Positions 52,801 through 64,000 of a DNA stretch of 64,000 nt are shown here, in pieces (position 1 is the stretch's first letter; the number at the start of each line of letters is the position of its first letter). Location: NCBI GenBank assembly GCA_039545335.1, contig BCIN01000002.1:2032484-2096483 (forward strand), given 5' to 3'. Position numbers and translations under genes: made by a program. This stretch comes from Kondoa subrosea. Its lineage: Eukaryota. Below the pieces are notes generated by a model that made no database searches, was not told the DNA's origin, and saw only the letters and a list, made by a program, of their open reading frames with translations.

Positions 52801-53473
52801 AGCTTCTTGGCTCAAGACGTCAGTGGGAAAGCCTCTGCTCCTGCTGAAGGTGCACTTGCTGTTGTTCTCTTGATCTTGACTATTCTCTTCCGTAGGTCAA
52901 GGCAACATTTGAGTGATGCACGCGCTAATACTTCAGGTAGACCTATATATCACCAAGCGACTCAAGCCAACTCACATATTCTTGGAAAAGTTCAATGAAA
53001 TGGACCACAGCGCTGTAGAAGAGACTGGCCGGCATGCATACAAACAAGGCGGTCGTCAAAGCAGAGGGCAGATGCTCCGTATGAATACAATGGAAAACGG
53101 CGAACGCATTGGCGGTAACCCAGCGGAACACCAAGGTAACACTGATGCAGATGATCTAGACCATGGCTTCGAGTGAGTTTTTCCCTGATTGCAGAGCACA
53201 ACAAGCTGAATCCTTTTATTAGTCCGCCTTCTACATTCCAAGGTGAACTTTTATGACATCCGGTGCTAGTACTATGCTGATGCATTCGTCACAGACCAAC
53301 CTGTCATCTGGCTTGCTGAAGATGCTCATGGATTGGCTCGCATTGAAACACACAAAATTCAACAGGGCAAAGTTGAAGCATCAATGCAAGGTGCTCAGAT
53401 GGATCAAGATGGCAAGATTCACGTCTCTCGTGGTCCTCCTGATGAAGAATGGCTTGGTGGCAGCAATCAATAG
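49883..53473 (+). CDS. OSCA/TMEM63/CSC1-family (RSN1/PHM7-like, DUF221) cation channel, about 20 introns
   Basis: TFITALVTS, VYQPRSY, NGFDSYTFVRF, SRTVL, KKVDTIEY, APEAIYW|PNL, IIQGLLPP, LATQLPSASIYFLT, GIVYSCIQP, GLYWPRAINHLFVGLY and QPVIWL. Confidence 0.93.
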
Positions 53474-53719
53474 AATCATTACGCATGCGACGATAAATCG
53501 GTTTGGGCTTTTTAACTTATACATTATTTCGGAACCTATATTGAATACTAGTAATCTCCGTCGTTCTTCATTTCATTAGAATACACGCATAGTCTGCTAT
53601 GGTCTTGCAAACAAAATAGAATATTATTAGTTTCGGCTTAGTAAGCATTACCCCTTGCGTCTTGACTTTGAAAACACTCTCTTCAAGTGCCCAACAGTCA
53701 CCCTTGATCGCGCGTCTGC

Positions 53720-54110
53720 ATGGATAACCAAGATGGAGAAGTGCAGCCGAACCAACCTCTAGCTATTACAGACACCCAATCTTCGTCTGACCACGGCGAA
53801 GCTGCTAAGGTCGTGGTAGATGCTGGGAAGACTTCTCTATAGTAAGTCTTGGCTTGTGTTCAAAAGATATAACACAGCTCACTATTCCGCAGCGATCAGC
53901 TCGGGCCATTAGTCAGAAACACAGACGGAACATTGTCGAGGATTTCAAATTGGCAAGAAATGGGCGAAGCAGAAAGGGTGTGTCCATCAGAGAATGTATT
54001 TAAGGTAACCACTCAATCCACTAAATCTTGGTCTGCAGGAACGGACTCTACGCATACTAGCGAAACGAAATGTCTTGCGATATGAAGCCCAAACAAGCGA
54101 TGCCAAATAG
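53720..54110 (+). CDS. Small conserved uncharacterised fungal protein (3 exons; absent from the ORF track)
   Basis: MDNQDGEVQPNQPLAITD...KTSLY|DQLGPLVRNTDGTLSRISNWQEMGEAER|ERTLRILAKRNVLRYEAQTSDAK*. I recognise the LGP..N.DGTLSRI.NW..M...ER..T.R.L.KRN motif from fungal hypothetical proteins. Confidence 0.8.
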
Positions 54111-54164
54111 GCTCTGCGTGAAGTTCGTTTAGGCTGTCTCTTCTCCTTGAGTCATGGAACTCTA

Positions 54165-54191
54165 TCTCTCCTCTCTCCTCTCTCTCTCTCT
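54165..54191 (+). repeat. Imperfect (CT)n microsatellite or pyrimidine tract upstream of the GST gene
   Basis: tctctcctctctcctctctctctctct. Confidence 0.8.
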
Positions 54192-54681
54192 GTTTGCATC
54201 CCTTCATTCTCTCGTCGCCAGGTCATATCTAAACACCCGCTAAGAGTTCCTGCTTCACAAGAGCAGCACTGCTTGCTCACCTCTAAGTCGTAGCGGCTTA
54301 GCTTGCCAGTGCTTCTGGTATCTCTAGAATTCTTTGTTGAAGTATCTGTTCCCTTGCAATTGCTCGCGGTAGAAGTGGACTTTGCAGACTAGCAGAGAAA
54401 GCCGGTATTCTTTGGTATTTCCAATTACTAACATCTGCTTCGATCCCCGATGTGAAACAGCGGCTTTCTATTTGCTGACCAGAAACCTGCTGCTCTTAAG
54501 ATTGTACATTACGTAAGCACTTTCAATTATCCATAACTGAGGCTTTGTGAGTATCTACACTGGAGCAGAGTGTATCGTAGTGTAGCTTCTGCTAGATTCT
54601 GTAGCATAGCTAGTCCAACTTATACTCGTCATCAATTGTTTCGCTCGTCTTCCGCAACCTACCATCGCGTTCCCTTTGAGC

Positions 54682-55856
54682 ATGTCGCCCTCCCAGCATT
54701 ATTCCAAGCATCAAGAAGGCAAGAAGAACTATCACCTTCAGCCGACAGGCCACGCACATGCAACAGCTCAAGCGCATAGAGACGAAGCTGTGGAATTGAC
54801 TCTGTTTGGTTCTTGTGTGAGGCCGTCTCGCTACTTGCAACTTAAACGCTCACTTTGAATTGAACAGTTCTGTCCGTACGGGCTATCACATCTCACCTGA
54901 TTGTTCTACATAGAGCTGACCTAAGCGGCTTACGGTAGTTTCGTGCAGAGATCCTGGATAGCTCTTGAGCAGAGCAAGCTGCCTTACAGATATTACGAAG
55001 TCGAGTGAGTGTCTTACAATCTCCAACACAGGGCAATTGCTGACATGATCACATAAGCGTCTATGCGAAACCTCAAGATCTACTAGAGATATCTCCTAAA
55101 GGTCTGGTTCCCGCATTGAAGATCAAGCATGGCGAGAGCACTCGATCTTTGCACGAAAGCAGTGTGATTGTGGAGTACTTAGAAGAACTTGCTCTGCAGA
55201 AAGGAACATCGCCTGATGGCGCTTTCTTGCCGCCATTGAGTGATCCATGTGAGGTTGACGGTGAACTGCGAAGAAAGAGACTGAATCCGACAATAGATGC
55301 GCGAGCCATTATTCGCTTGCAGGTTGAGTAAATCATGCACTATGCCATGTTTTCCATCTTTCGCTAACATTTCAAGCAGCCACATTCAAAAGAACATCAT
55401 CCCAGTCTTCTACAAATTCATTCAAGCGCAGGAGAAAGATGAACAAGAAGCTGGCAGAGCCAAATTCAGCGAAGGGTTGATTGGCTTAATCAAGCTATTC
55501 GACGATGCAATCAAGCAAGGAGTTTGTATTGGTCTTTACTCAGGAAGAGATACATTGAGCTTGGCTGAAGTGATGGTCGCGCCTTGGGTTCATCGAGCTG
55601 CCATTGTCTTGAGTCACTACCGCAACTACGAAGAGCCAGCCGGAAAGTACAAAGATTGGGCGGACAAGTTACTAGAACACCCCTTTGTTGCTGCAACGAC
55701 TAGCGACGAAGAGTTGTACATTGATAGTTATGCGCGATATGCTGAGAATAGACCAAAGTGAGCTTGATTGTTTTCATCAATAATGGTCTAATCTTACTCT
55801 CTTCAAGTACTTCACAAGTTGGCGATGCAACCAACTCTGGATCAATCTTGCCCTGA
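54682..55856 (+). CDS. Glutathione S-transferase, omega-like Cys class
   Basis: LTLFGSC|FCP|FVQRSWIALE...KPQDLLEISPKGLVPAL...ESSVIVEYLEE...SLAEVMVAPW...LYIDSYARYAENRP. Confidence 0.9.
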
Positions 55857-55921
55857 ACAATTGCGGAATGCATAGATAATAGTTTGTTGTATTATTCCAG
55901 AACAGGGATTCGCTGTCGTCC

Positions 55922-57671
55922 TTAATTATCAACCATACACGCAGCCGCTCTTGTCCATTCACTCCATGGCTCCATTCCAGCCACAAATCGAGCCTTGACC
56001 AATCCAAAAATCCAATAGCTCATTCGTTGTACCAAAATCTGCTTGACGATTGTCGCTCGCATTCCTTTTTGCCCGTCGAGCCAATGAGGAATATGCATAG
56101 CTCTATCCAACTGGAATGCCAAAGCTTTGCTACATTCTACTTGTTCTGGTGTAGCGAAAGATAAGGACCATTTTGCTTGTTTCAGACGCCAAGATTGAGC
56201 AGAAACTGTCTTTTGCGATGTGCCAGATTCTAAGAGCTCGCAAAAGAGAGCTTCGTTGTTGCAAGTCCATCTTCTTTCTGCTTTTTTGCCTAAAGCTATG
56301 GCTAGTTCAGGTGAAGGAGCCATGAGAAGGTCAATGAAGAAGTAAGGAGAAGCGTAGACGATATCCAGAACTTCTGTGGCTGTATCAGGTGAGCTCCCAA
56401 TATTGACCTCCGCTTCGCTTTGATCCGTTGAAAACAGTCGGACAGCAATTTTCCTTTGATTTCGCTCTTCTAATTGCATCACACGCTTTTGCAGCTGTTC
56501 AACTAGTTTTCCCTTTATCCATTCTGTGATACTATCAGCAGGCTGCCATAGAACGTTTCCTGCAAGTCCACCTTTCTCTACAGGATTGATGGTATGTAAA
56601 TCGCTCAGATCAGGTAAAGAAGAGTATGGTTCAGGTTTAGGAAAGACGTCCAACTTCTTCTTGTAGTGCAGTTTGGCAGCTTGATACAGAATTCGAGGGG
56701 TAGTAAGAAAGAGTGAAAGAGGGAATTGAAACATTGCTCTAAGAGCTGAAGATTCGGATAGAGGTACAGCATGGCCTTTCAAGTTTGCCATCAACTTCTT
56801 CTCCTTGGATTCTGCTGTCAGCAATAGGATCTTGATGGCAAAGTAAGGTGTAGTCGGTGTTCCGCCTTCTCTGTTGTTTAAAGGGTCTATCAAATTGACT
56901 TGATAGAATCCAGAGCGATCATTAAAGGGAGACACATGGAACGATCTTGGAAATGTCCATTGATGAGTGTATCTGTACCATCAGTATCAATGTAAATCCT
57001 CATTACTCAGACCGTAAACAGGCTTACTTCTGACCTTCAAGAGCATCTTCATCTTTTCCTGGTTGAAGATAGTACAAATGTCTTTCCTCAAAGGTATTGT
57101 GAACTTCCAACACGACGACCTCCAAAATCTGCTTCCCAGCTTTCTGTTTGTAGCCAAAGTAAACGCTCAAAGGATTGATGCCATGAAAGCCTAAATAACC
57201 AGGCATAGTGACCAGATAAACTTTATCCAGTTCTTCCGCTTGAACACCATTCTTTCCACATACAACATTGAATCGTTCTCGAATCCCTTGAGCTTTCCCT
57301 TTTGTGACTCTGTCCAAATAATCTACAGGAGACATGCTGAAAATAGTCCAACTTGATGAATCCCATTTGAACAGCCTAGACCAATCCAATTGCCTACTCT
57401 CAAGTTCCGCTAAGTCGAAACCAAAGAAGACAGTAGAATAGCTAAAGGCATGCTTGGCTTCGATAGGCAGGTAGCGAGCATGACTGGTGATCATTCGATA
57501 AATGTGTGCATCGCCAATAGGCTTCGTCTCATTATAGAGGATGTAGAGAATGAAACTGATCAAGATTAGCACTGGAGGCAGCAGGATATCCAGTAAGGTG
57601 ATGTTTAAGCCTGACAGGGGTATAAATGGTGAGAGTATCAAGGTGGCTTCATCGGCCAAGGTATCATTCAT
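55922..57671 (-). CDS. DUF1365 family protein
   Basis: HARYLP..AKHAFSY, YLVTMPGYLGFHGINPLSVYF, LEVHNTFEERHLY, FPRSFHVSPFNDRSGFY and PRILYQAAKLHYKK. Confidence 0.88.
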
Positions 57672-57800
57672 GCTCGTCCCACGTCAAGCAAAGTCACGTA
57701 ATTTGTGCGATGATGCAGTTTCTATATATTACAATGTTTATAGTACAATGTTAGCGAACGAAAGAGAAGCATAGAGAAATCGACCAGCGATAATTCAAGC

Positions 57801-59220
57801 TTAGCTATTGAAGCCAAAGAAGTCCGCGCCGCCTCTACTTTGAGCACCACCTCTTGGTCCTCCACGACCGCCTTTTCCACCACCACCACCTCCTCCTCCT
57901 TGACCGCCACCTGATTGAGATTGGGCCAGAGAGAATCGATCAATCAACTGTTTTTCACAAATTAGCAAGAGTCGAGACAAGATAATGGAAACCGAGCTCA
58001 CATCATTCATAGGCTGGAGTTCTTTAGTCATAGTACCAAGGTAGCTCTCCAAGAGAACATCAGAATATTCCTGTAAGAATGGACAAATTTGAATATTCCG
58101 AGGGATATGCAAATAAAGCAGTACTTGCAGTCATGAATTCTGCTCTGAACTCAGCAGAATCGGCAGTTGGCAGACTACCCATCAAAGCTGAGATTTGGCG
58201 CAAGGTTTCATGATCTTTCGGTGCAGTTCCTTAGTATCGATGCAAATGAGCAAAGTTGTCTACGAGGAATAGAAAGAAGGTCACCTTTCGACAGTCGATC
58301 AAGATACTGTGAAATGACTTGCACTCGTTCTTGTAGCATTTTCAGAGCGTTACGCTGCGTCGTCAAGCTAGTGACCACTGCTGGTTGTCATTAGAACATG
58401 CGTTGCCGCTTGCAGAAGATAGACTTACAAGTCGAATCGCCAGCTCCAGCAGAAGTGGTCTTGCTAGCATGATCAACAGCGACTCGCTCAGCTTCACCCG
58501 TTTCCACTCGGTAGGAAGCGACGATGAATTTCGTTTGAGGTGAATTGTCGACGATTTCAGTGATGGATTCGTAAATTACGATCGGAAGTTCTTTGCCATG
58601 AGAAACAGAGTCTGCAGAGAGTTGTAGAAAGAGCGGGTTTTCGTTGTAAGTCATCATCTGAGTGAAACTTCTCAGACGCGCTGGCACCAGAGAAGAAGAA
58701 GAATTGGTATACCTGTTTGTGAATGTACATGTCTTCTTCCGTTGGAGCTGCACCAACGCTGTACCATCCGAGAATCTCATACGTAGGGAAGACCTGGCTA
58801 AGATATCAGTCTGGACATCGACTTACTTGGGAACGTACTGACCTGCTTGACTGTCAATCGGAAGGCATGTCAGCAGAAGGCAGCACATAAGCATAAGATG
58901 ACCTACACTGATCTCTGCGAGTGGTAAAGAAAGCATGGTTGATGTCCAGGCTGCCGTCGGTCAAGGCGAATTCGAAAGAGTTGGTAATCTCAACCTCTCG
59001 TCCATTCTGAGTACCAATGAGTGATCCAACGACTATTGATGACATACTTCAGCTGCTGTCGAGCGCAGACGTAGTGCATTGCTTAGCTACCTCTGACAGC
59101 ATTGCTCTCTTGCTGCAGACGAGTTCGAGTTAGGTGTTCTGATGCATTCAGCAAAGGCAGAGGGTGCAAGGAGACATTCAGAGAGCTTTCTTCGGCTCTA
59201 GAGACCAGATTGGAGCTCAT
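57801..59220 (-). CDS. CSN6: COP9 signalosome subunit 6 (non-catalytic MPN)
   Basis: VSLHPLPLLNASEHLTR, VGSLIGTQNGREVEITNSFE, YNENPLFLQL, YRVETGEAERVAVDH, QRNALKMLQERV and EYSDVLLESYLG. Confidence 0.93.
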
Positions 59221-59490
59221 GACTTGAATTCCTTTTCGCAGTTTGTGGTTGCCTTGGGTTGACCTAAGACCGCGATGAGCTTGGAAACGATCCAGCTCTG
59301 TGGCTGCTTGCATGGATCGCAATGCTGTGCTCTTTGCATTCTGTGCAGTCGACTGCTTTGTGCAGACACGTCTACGAACTTAGTCCATTTTAAGATTCTC
59401 CTCCTTTTTCAACTTACCCATTCCAAATCCTGTCTTTTTGACTACCACGTACTCTTTACGCGTCTTCGTGAAGCTCTCCATACTATTCAT

Positions 59491-61388
59491 ATGCTCAAAC
59501 GACCCAAAGATCGCGGCATCGCTTCAAACAGCGAACAGCCTAAACGCGAGGACAAGTCAATCTCCCTCAAAGGCTTCTTCTCTAGCACTTCCAAACGCAG
59601 CAAGTTGGCAAGGTCAAGCTTAAGCAATGCTACGGCCGATGAACCTATACATATCACTTCACCTACTCATCCTTTGCCTCCTTTACCTTTTCATCCAAGT
59701 GTTTTACCCAGCCCTAGTCCATTGACTCGTGATCAGACATATAGAACTCAAGATTCTCCCACAGCCATTCAAAAGCAGCCGCTGATTAAAGCTCAATCTC
59801 CACCACCTTCGAATGAAGTACCAATCTTTCCTAACAATCTTTCACCACGTCCAATTATTGAACATGCTCGACCTTTCTCAGTAGACTTCACCCCTTCGCA
59901 TACTCCTAAACGCTTCTTGCTCAAAGCTAGAAGTCCTCCTTCCTCTAACAGTAATACACCTCAAACACCAATGCGTTTAGATCAAACAGCTCAAGTAGCC
60001 TTCAACGATAGTCCAACAGATCCAATGATGGGTGAACGACAAAAGAAATTGGAGAAACGTTGGTCTACTTTAGCTATGGAACAAGCTTTTGATCGAATGA
60101 AGGGTATGGTAGCGGAATCTAAAGGTCAAGATGAGAGTTTCAGCAGTATGGAAACCAACAAGGATATGAACGATTTGTCCATTGATCGTTTAGTGGATGA
60201 AGCTGGTTCTCTGGGTATTTCAATGTGAGCTTTTTGTACTTCCTATTCACACATGCGCGCAGCTCTCATGCGTCAAGTTTAGGTCCTCTTCTGCACCTAC
60301 TGTACAATTAGCCAGTCCGGCAGTGGTTCATCGCTTTCAATCGTCTGATAGAGAACTGGCTTCACCTTCTACAGCACCTTCTACTCCATTACCCACTCCA
60401 CCTTTAATTTCTCCAAGCATTAAACCAGGTCGTCGTAGTCGCGCATCTGAAATCTTCTCCGATAGACCCAAACCTTCCTTCTATTCTCCTCCTTTGGATC
60501 AATATCGGAAAAGCATTTCTTTCAGATCGGAAAGAGCTGTCAAAAGTAGAAGTTATCTTGATATGGCCGATATTTATTCTGCTCCTTTACCTATAAGATC
60601 AAGAGGAAGTTATTATGCACCTACAAACAATAGTCAACCCGAAACTCCTAGATCCGGTAGATCGACTCGGACGAACAATACTGGTAGCGCCGATAAAGTT
60701 GGCGTACGTACCGCTTCCAGTGCATCAGTTTGGATAGAGCTTGACAAATGGTCTCGGTTAGTCCCATTTGGCTATGTTGGATGCACTTTCGGAAACTCGT
60801 CAAGTTATTGTCGATCTACGCAATCAGCTAGACAAGAATAACGAGGTGATGCATCGTCTGTCAAGAATAGTTGGAAGGGACATCGAATTGGAGGATCTAC
60901 TTCATATTCTCGAGCAAGATGGACGTCATATGCAACGATTGCAAGAGATGGAGAGCGAGAAAGAAGCATTGCAAAGTAAAGTAGAACAATACGAAGAAGA
61001 AATGGTTTACCTCGGCTCACAAGTCGCTTCGCTTTCAGCTCAACTTCGTAACAAGCAAGTGCAGCAACAACAACATCAAGGTCATGATGGTCAGCGTCAT
61101 CAGCGAACAGACTCTGCAGCTTCACATTTCGAATGCTTAGATCAAGCTACAGGTATATTGGAAACCCCTTTGACAAGACAGCAACCTCGTTTTGGTTCGC
61201 CCGATACCCCTCAAGCAGCTCAATTTCGATCTTTCCACCAAGACAATCCTCTGCTCAGCCCAAATTCAATCAGCGAGTCAGCTTTCGATGAACACGTACA
61301 TCGCAATTCTGATAATTTGGCATGGCTGGGGTCAAGCGAAGGCTTATCGCAATCAGAATTCGATCGGTTCCTTTCTGAAGCACAGTAG
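59491..61388 (+). CDS. Hypothetical Pro/Ser-rich protein with a C-terminal coiled coil
   Basis: Three long, consecutive same-strand ORFs separated by intron-like segments. The start at ATG 59491 is inferred. Confidence 0.65.
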
Positions 61389-61451
61389 CCTTCAATAGTA
61401 TATATGTTTGGGTATTAAGGGTACAACTTGTGTATAGAGTACATATGCATG

Positions 61452-64000
61452 CTACAATTCCGTTTCTCCTGGTCTTGTGAATGGAAGGTCGAGCGACGAG
61501 AGACCGCGTTCGCAAAGAACACATGACGCAGCGACCAGATTGTCTACTTCTTCTCGAACTTTTTCCAATCTGGCTCGCTCTTGACTTGCTTCCGGGATTG
61601 TGGTTAAACTTGTTCTGATCTTTCCCGCTCCCGCCAATTTCATTGCTTCGTTCATTCCATCCATCAGACCATCTGCACTTGCACCGATAACATTCACCAA
61701 TACATCCGGTATAATCAATTTCCGCAATTGATCGACACTTTGAAAGCCCATAGCTGCTACTTTATTGTTCCGAGGAATGAAGCCAAAAGCCGGGTTGTTC
61801 GTTATAGGTGCGGTAGAGGAAGAGGGTTGTGGTGCAGCGTTGCCCGAATGCGCAGATTGTAATTCAACTAAGCGGCGGACTGCATGTTGAGGTAGAAGAG
61901 GTGTGACTTCTCTAATGAGGCAATCTGCGTGAAACGAATGTTGGCAGGGAAAGACGTAGAATTGGCGAGTCAAAAGAGGATTCGAGCAGACAGTACATCT
62001 TTCGGCCGCATCTAGAACAACTAGACGACTCGACAGATCTGAGATGTCGCGTTTGATGATATCTGCGTTCTTGTTTGCTTCATTCATTTCTTCTTTGAGC
62101 CGCACGATTTCGGCGGAATATTTGTTCAAAGCGTCACATATTTCTTCCTTGAAATCGTCAATGACCACAAAGTCGGGGAAAAATGGTAAGATATCTTCGA
62201 TCTGCAGTAATTGAGCGCTTTCGAGGAAGCGAGCGGCACTGCGTAACAATATTGATCAGCCATGACACCCGATATGCAAACAAGTCTTACCTTTGAACGT
62301 CGTGCTGCTGACCTACAACATGTGCAGCTACTTTCAGCCAGAGCGACTTGCGCACCAGAGTACGATCTTCGCCTGGCATGTCGGCATAGTGTTTCGCTAA
62401 ATCGATATCACCAATCTCGAGTGCTAGATCCACCGCGCTTTCCCACATAGCCATTTTGCCGTAGATATAGACGCTGGCTCGATGACATTTGAAAGATTGA
62501 CTAAGTCGCAAGGCGTAATCTAGATCGTAGGGCGGCAGACCAGTTTCGGAATCGTCTGTCGCTCGCTCGAGTACGTTTAGAAAGCTACTGTCGTCTTCTT
62601 GTACTAGCCGAGCATGCATCATGAGTAGGGCATTATATGCAGCCGAGTCATTCGATTGAGTATGAAGGATGCTGCGTTCCAGATAAGAAGCGATAGCGAG
62701 GTTGACTTTTCTATCTGTACTTTGTATCGAAAGAAGAGCAGGAAGTAGCCGAGAAAGATCCAATGCAGGCTGACGGAGAAAGGCATCAATGGCTGCAGTC
62801 GTAGAATGTCGCATTAGAGCGGGAGCGAAGATATAATACAGCTCGACATCGTTTTGGCGATTAAGAGCGTCAAGCGCTTTCGACCATTCTTCTTCTTGCA
62901 CCCAATATCGTACAATGCGATCGTGATGACCCATAATTTGGGAGTAGTGTATTGAGAGCATTGGTCTGCCATGACTCGCAAGCAGATCGTAGACTGTGTT
63001 GTCATCCAAGTTGTCCTGAGTATCATCATTTCCAGTTAAAAAGACAGCATAGCATAGATACAACTGACCTTGTAGGTGTTTAGAAAGGCTTTCAAATCTT
63101 CTTCTAGTATAGACCGCTCCAGCTCAAAGTTCTGGGCAATTTCGCTGTGCCCTTCGGAGAAAGCAGCGTCTTCCAGCTCGTTGATCTTGCCAAGAGTATT
63201 CTCAAGTAACCAAGATGCGAGCATCAAGCGCTGTATTGTGTCCTACCCGCAGTGATCAAAGTCCATTTTCCGCGCAGTTTCATAGCCTTTCACGTACTGT
63301 TTTCCGCAGTCGACTCAATCTAGAACTCAAATATGTCCTCAGAGCATCCTTTTCTGACTTCTCAGAGAATTTGATGGCAACCTCTTCGAAGCTCTTTGTT
63401 GTTTGAGCATAAAGATCTGCGGCTTGAATGTATCGACCAGCTGTATAAAAGGCATCTGCTTTCTTGGCCAGAACAATATCTCTTTGCGAAGGATTCTGAT
63501 CGCTAGAATCAGCTCTATCTCACAGCCAAATGGATGGAGTTCACCTTTGCCATAGTAAGAGCAGTGTCATATGCTTGTCTAGCTAAGTGAACAGCCCAGA
63601 TATCCCTATCTTCATCTGAAACAGACAACTCATAGATCGCGGAACTTGTGAAGAGCCAATAAGTCTGAGCTGCTCGATCGGTGACCAAGCCTTGAATTTG
63701 GTCATTTCCGGTCAAATTGAGCGTTTCTTCGAAAACAATCTTATCGTCTAGTACTCGGATGATCCTAATCGATGCTGTGTAGGCGAGAACGAAGTGAAAC
63801 TCGGTCAAAGCCATGCTGACTGGTAGTTCGGCTTGAATTTGTCTTGTTGTTCGGTCATATTCATTAGGTGAAGATGGAGCTTGCAAAGCCGGGTAGGGAA
63901 GTAGTTGTGCGGCATCAATGAGACCATCGCCAGGTTCTTGGGACGAGTAGGTGAGATTGCCATGGTATATGCCAGGCCCTGTTTGCATGTTAGTCTTTCG
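61452..64000 (-). CDS. PEP3: HOPS/CORVET subunit Vps18/Pep3 (5' end outside the window)
   Basis: ALTEFHFVL, EDRDIW, FEEVAIKF, YDLDYALRL, RKSLWLKVA, LQIEDILPFFPDFVVIDDFKEEIC and RING-H2 CTVC..FYVFPCQHSFHADCL...CVLC. Confidence 0.96.

Overview
Eukaryotic fungal DNA, inferred to be a basidiomycete and possibly Pucciniomycotina. It is gene-dense, with many short (about 45-65 nt) spliceosomal introns and several microexons. I can assemble about 30 spliced protein-coding genes by eye. Housekeeping genes: FRS1 (partial), RIC8, RFC1, TOP2, TAF4, MET8, trifunctional TRP1, MRPL16, ADA1/HFI1, PRE6, VPS4, WRS1, CSN6 and PEP3/VPS18 (partial). Others: a GPI-type chitin deacetylase, an OSCA/TMEM63 channel, a Cys-type GST, BRCT, F-box, DUF6534 and DUF1365 proteins, a likely ELL elongation factor and several orphans. 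I see no transposon, rRNA, tRNA, CRISPR array or biosynthetic cluster, and no clear multi-gene novel system. The most unusual signals are in splicing: two adjacent, visibly homologous introns around an 8-nt exon in the OSCA gene, a probable U2-type AT-AC intron between 8-nt and 7-nt microexons, and 4-5 GC-AG introns. Also notable are a 50-bp head-to-head TAF4/MET8 spacer, a tail-anchored Met8 and a long spliced N-terminal extension on TrpRS. All gene models and family calls are manual and from memory; no searches were run.
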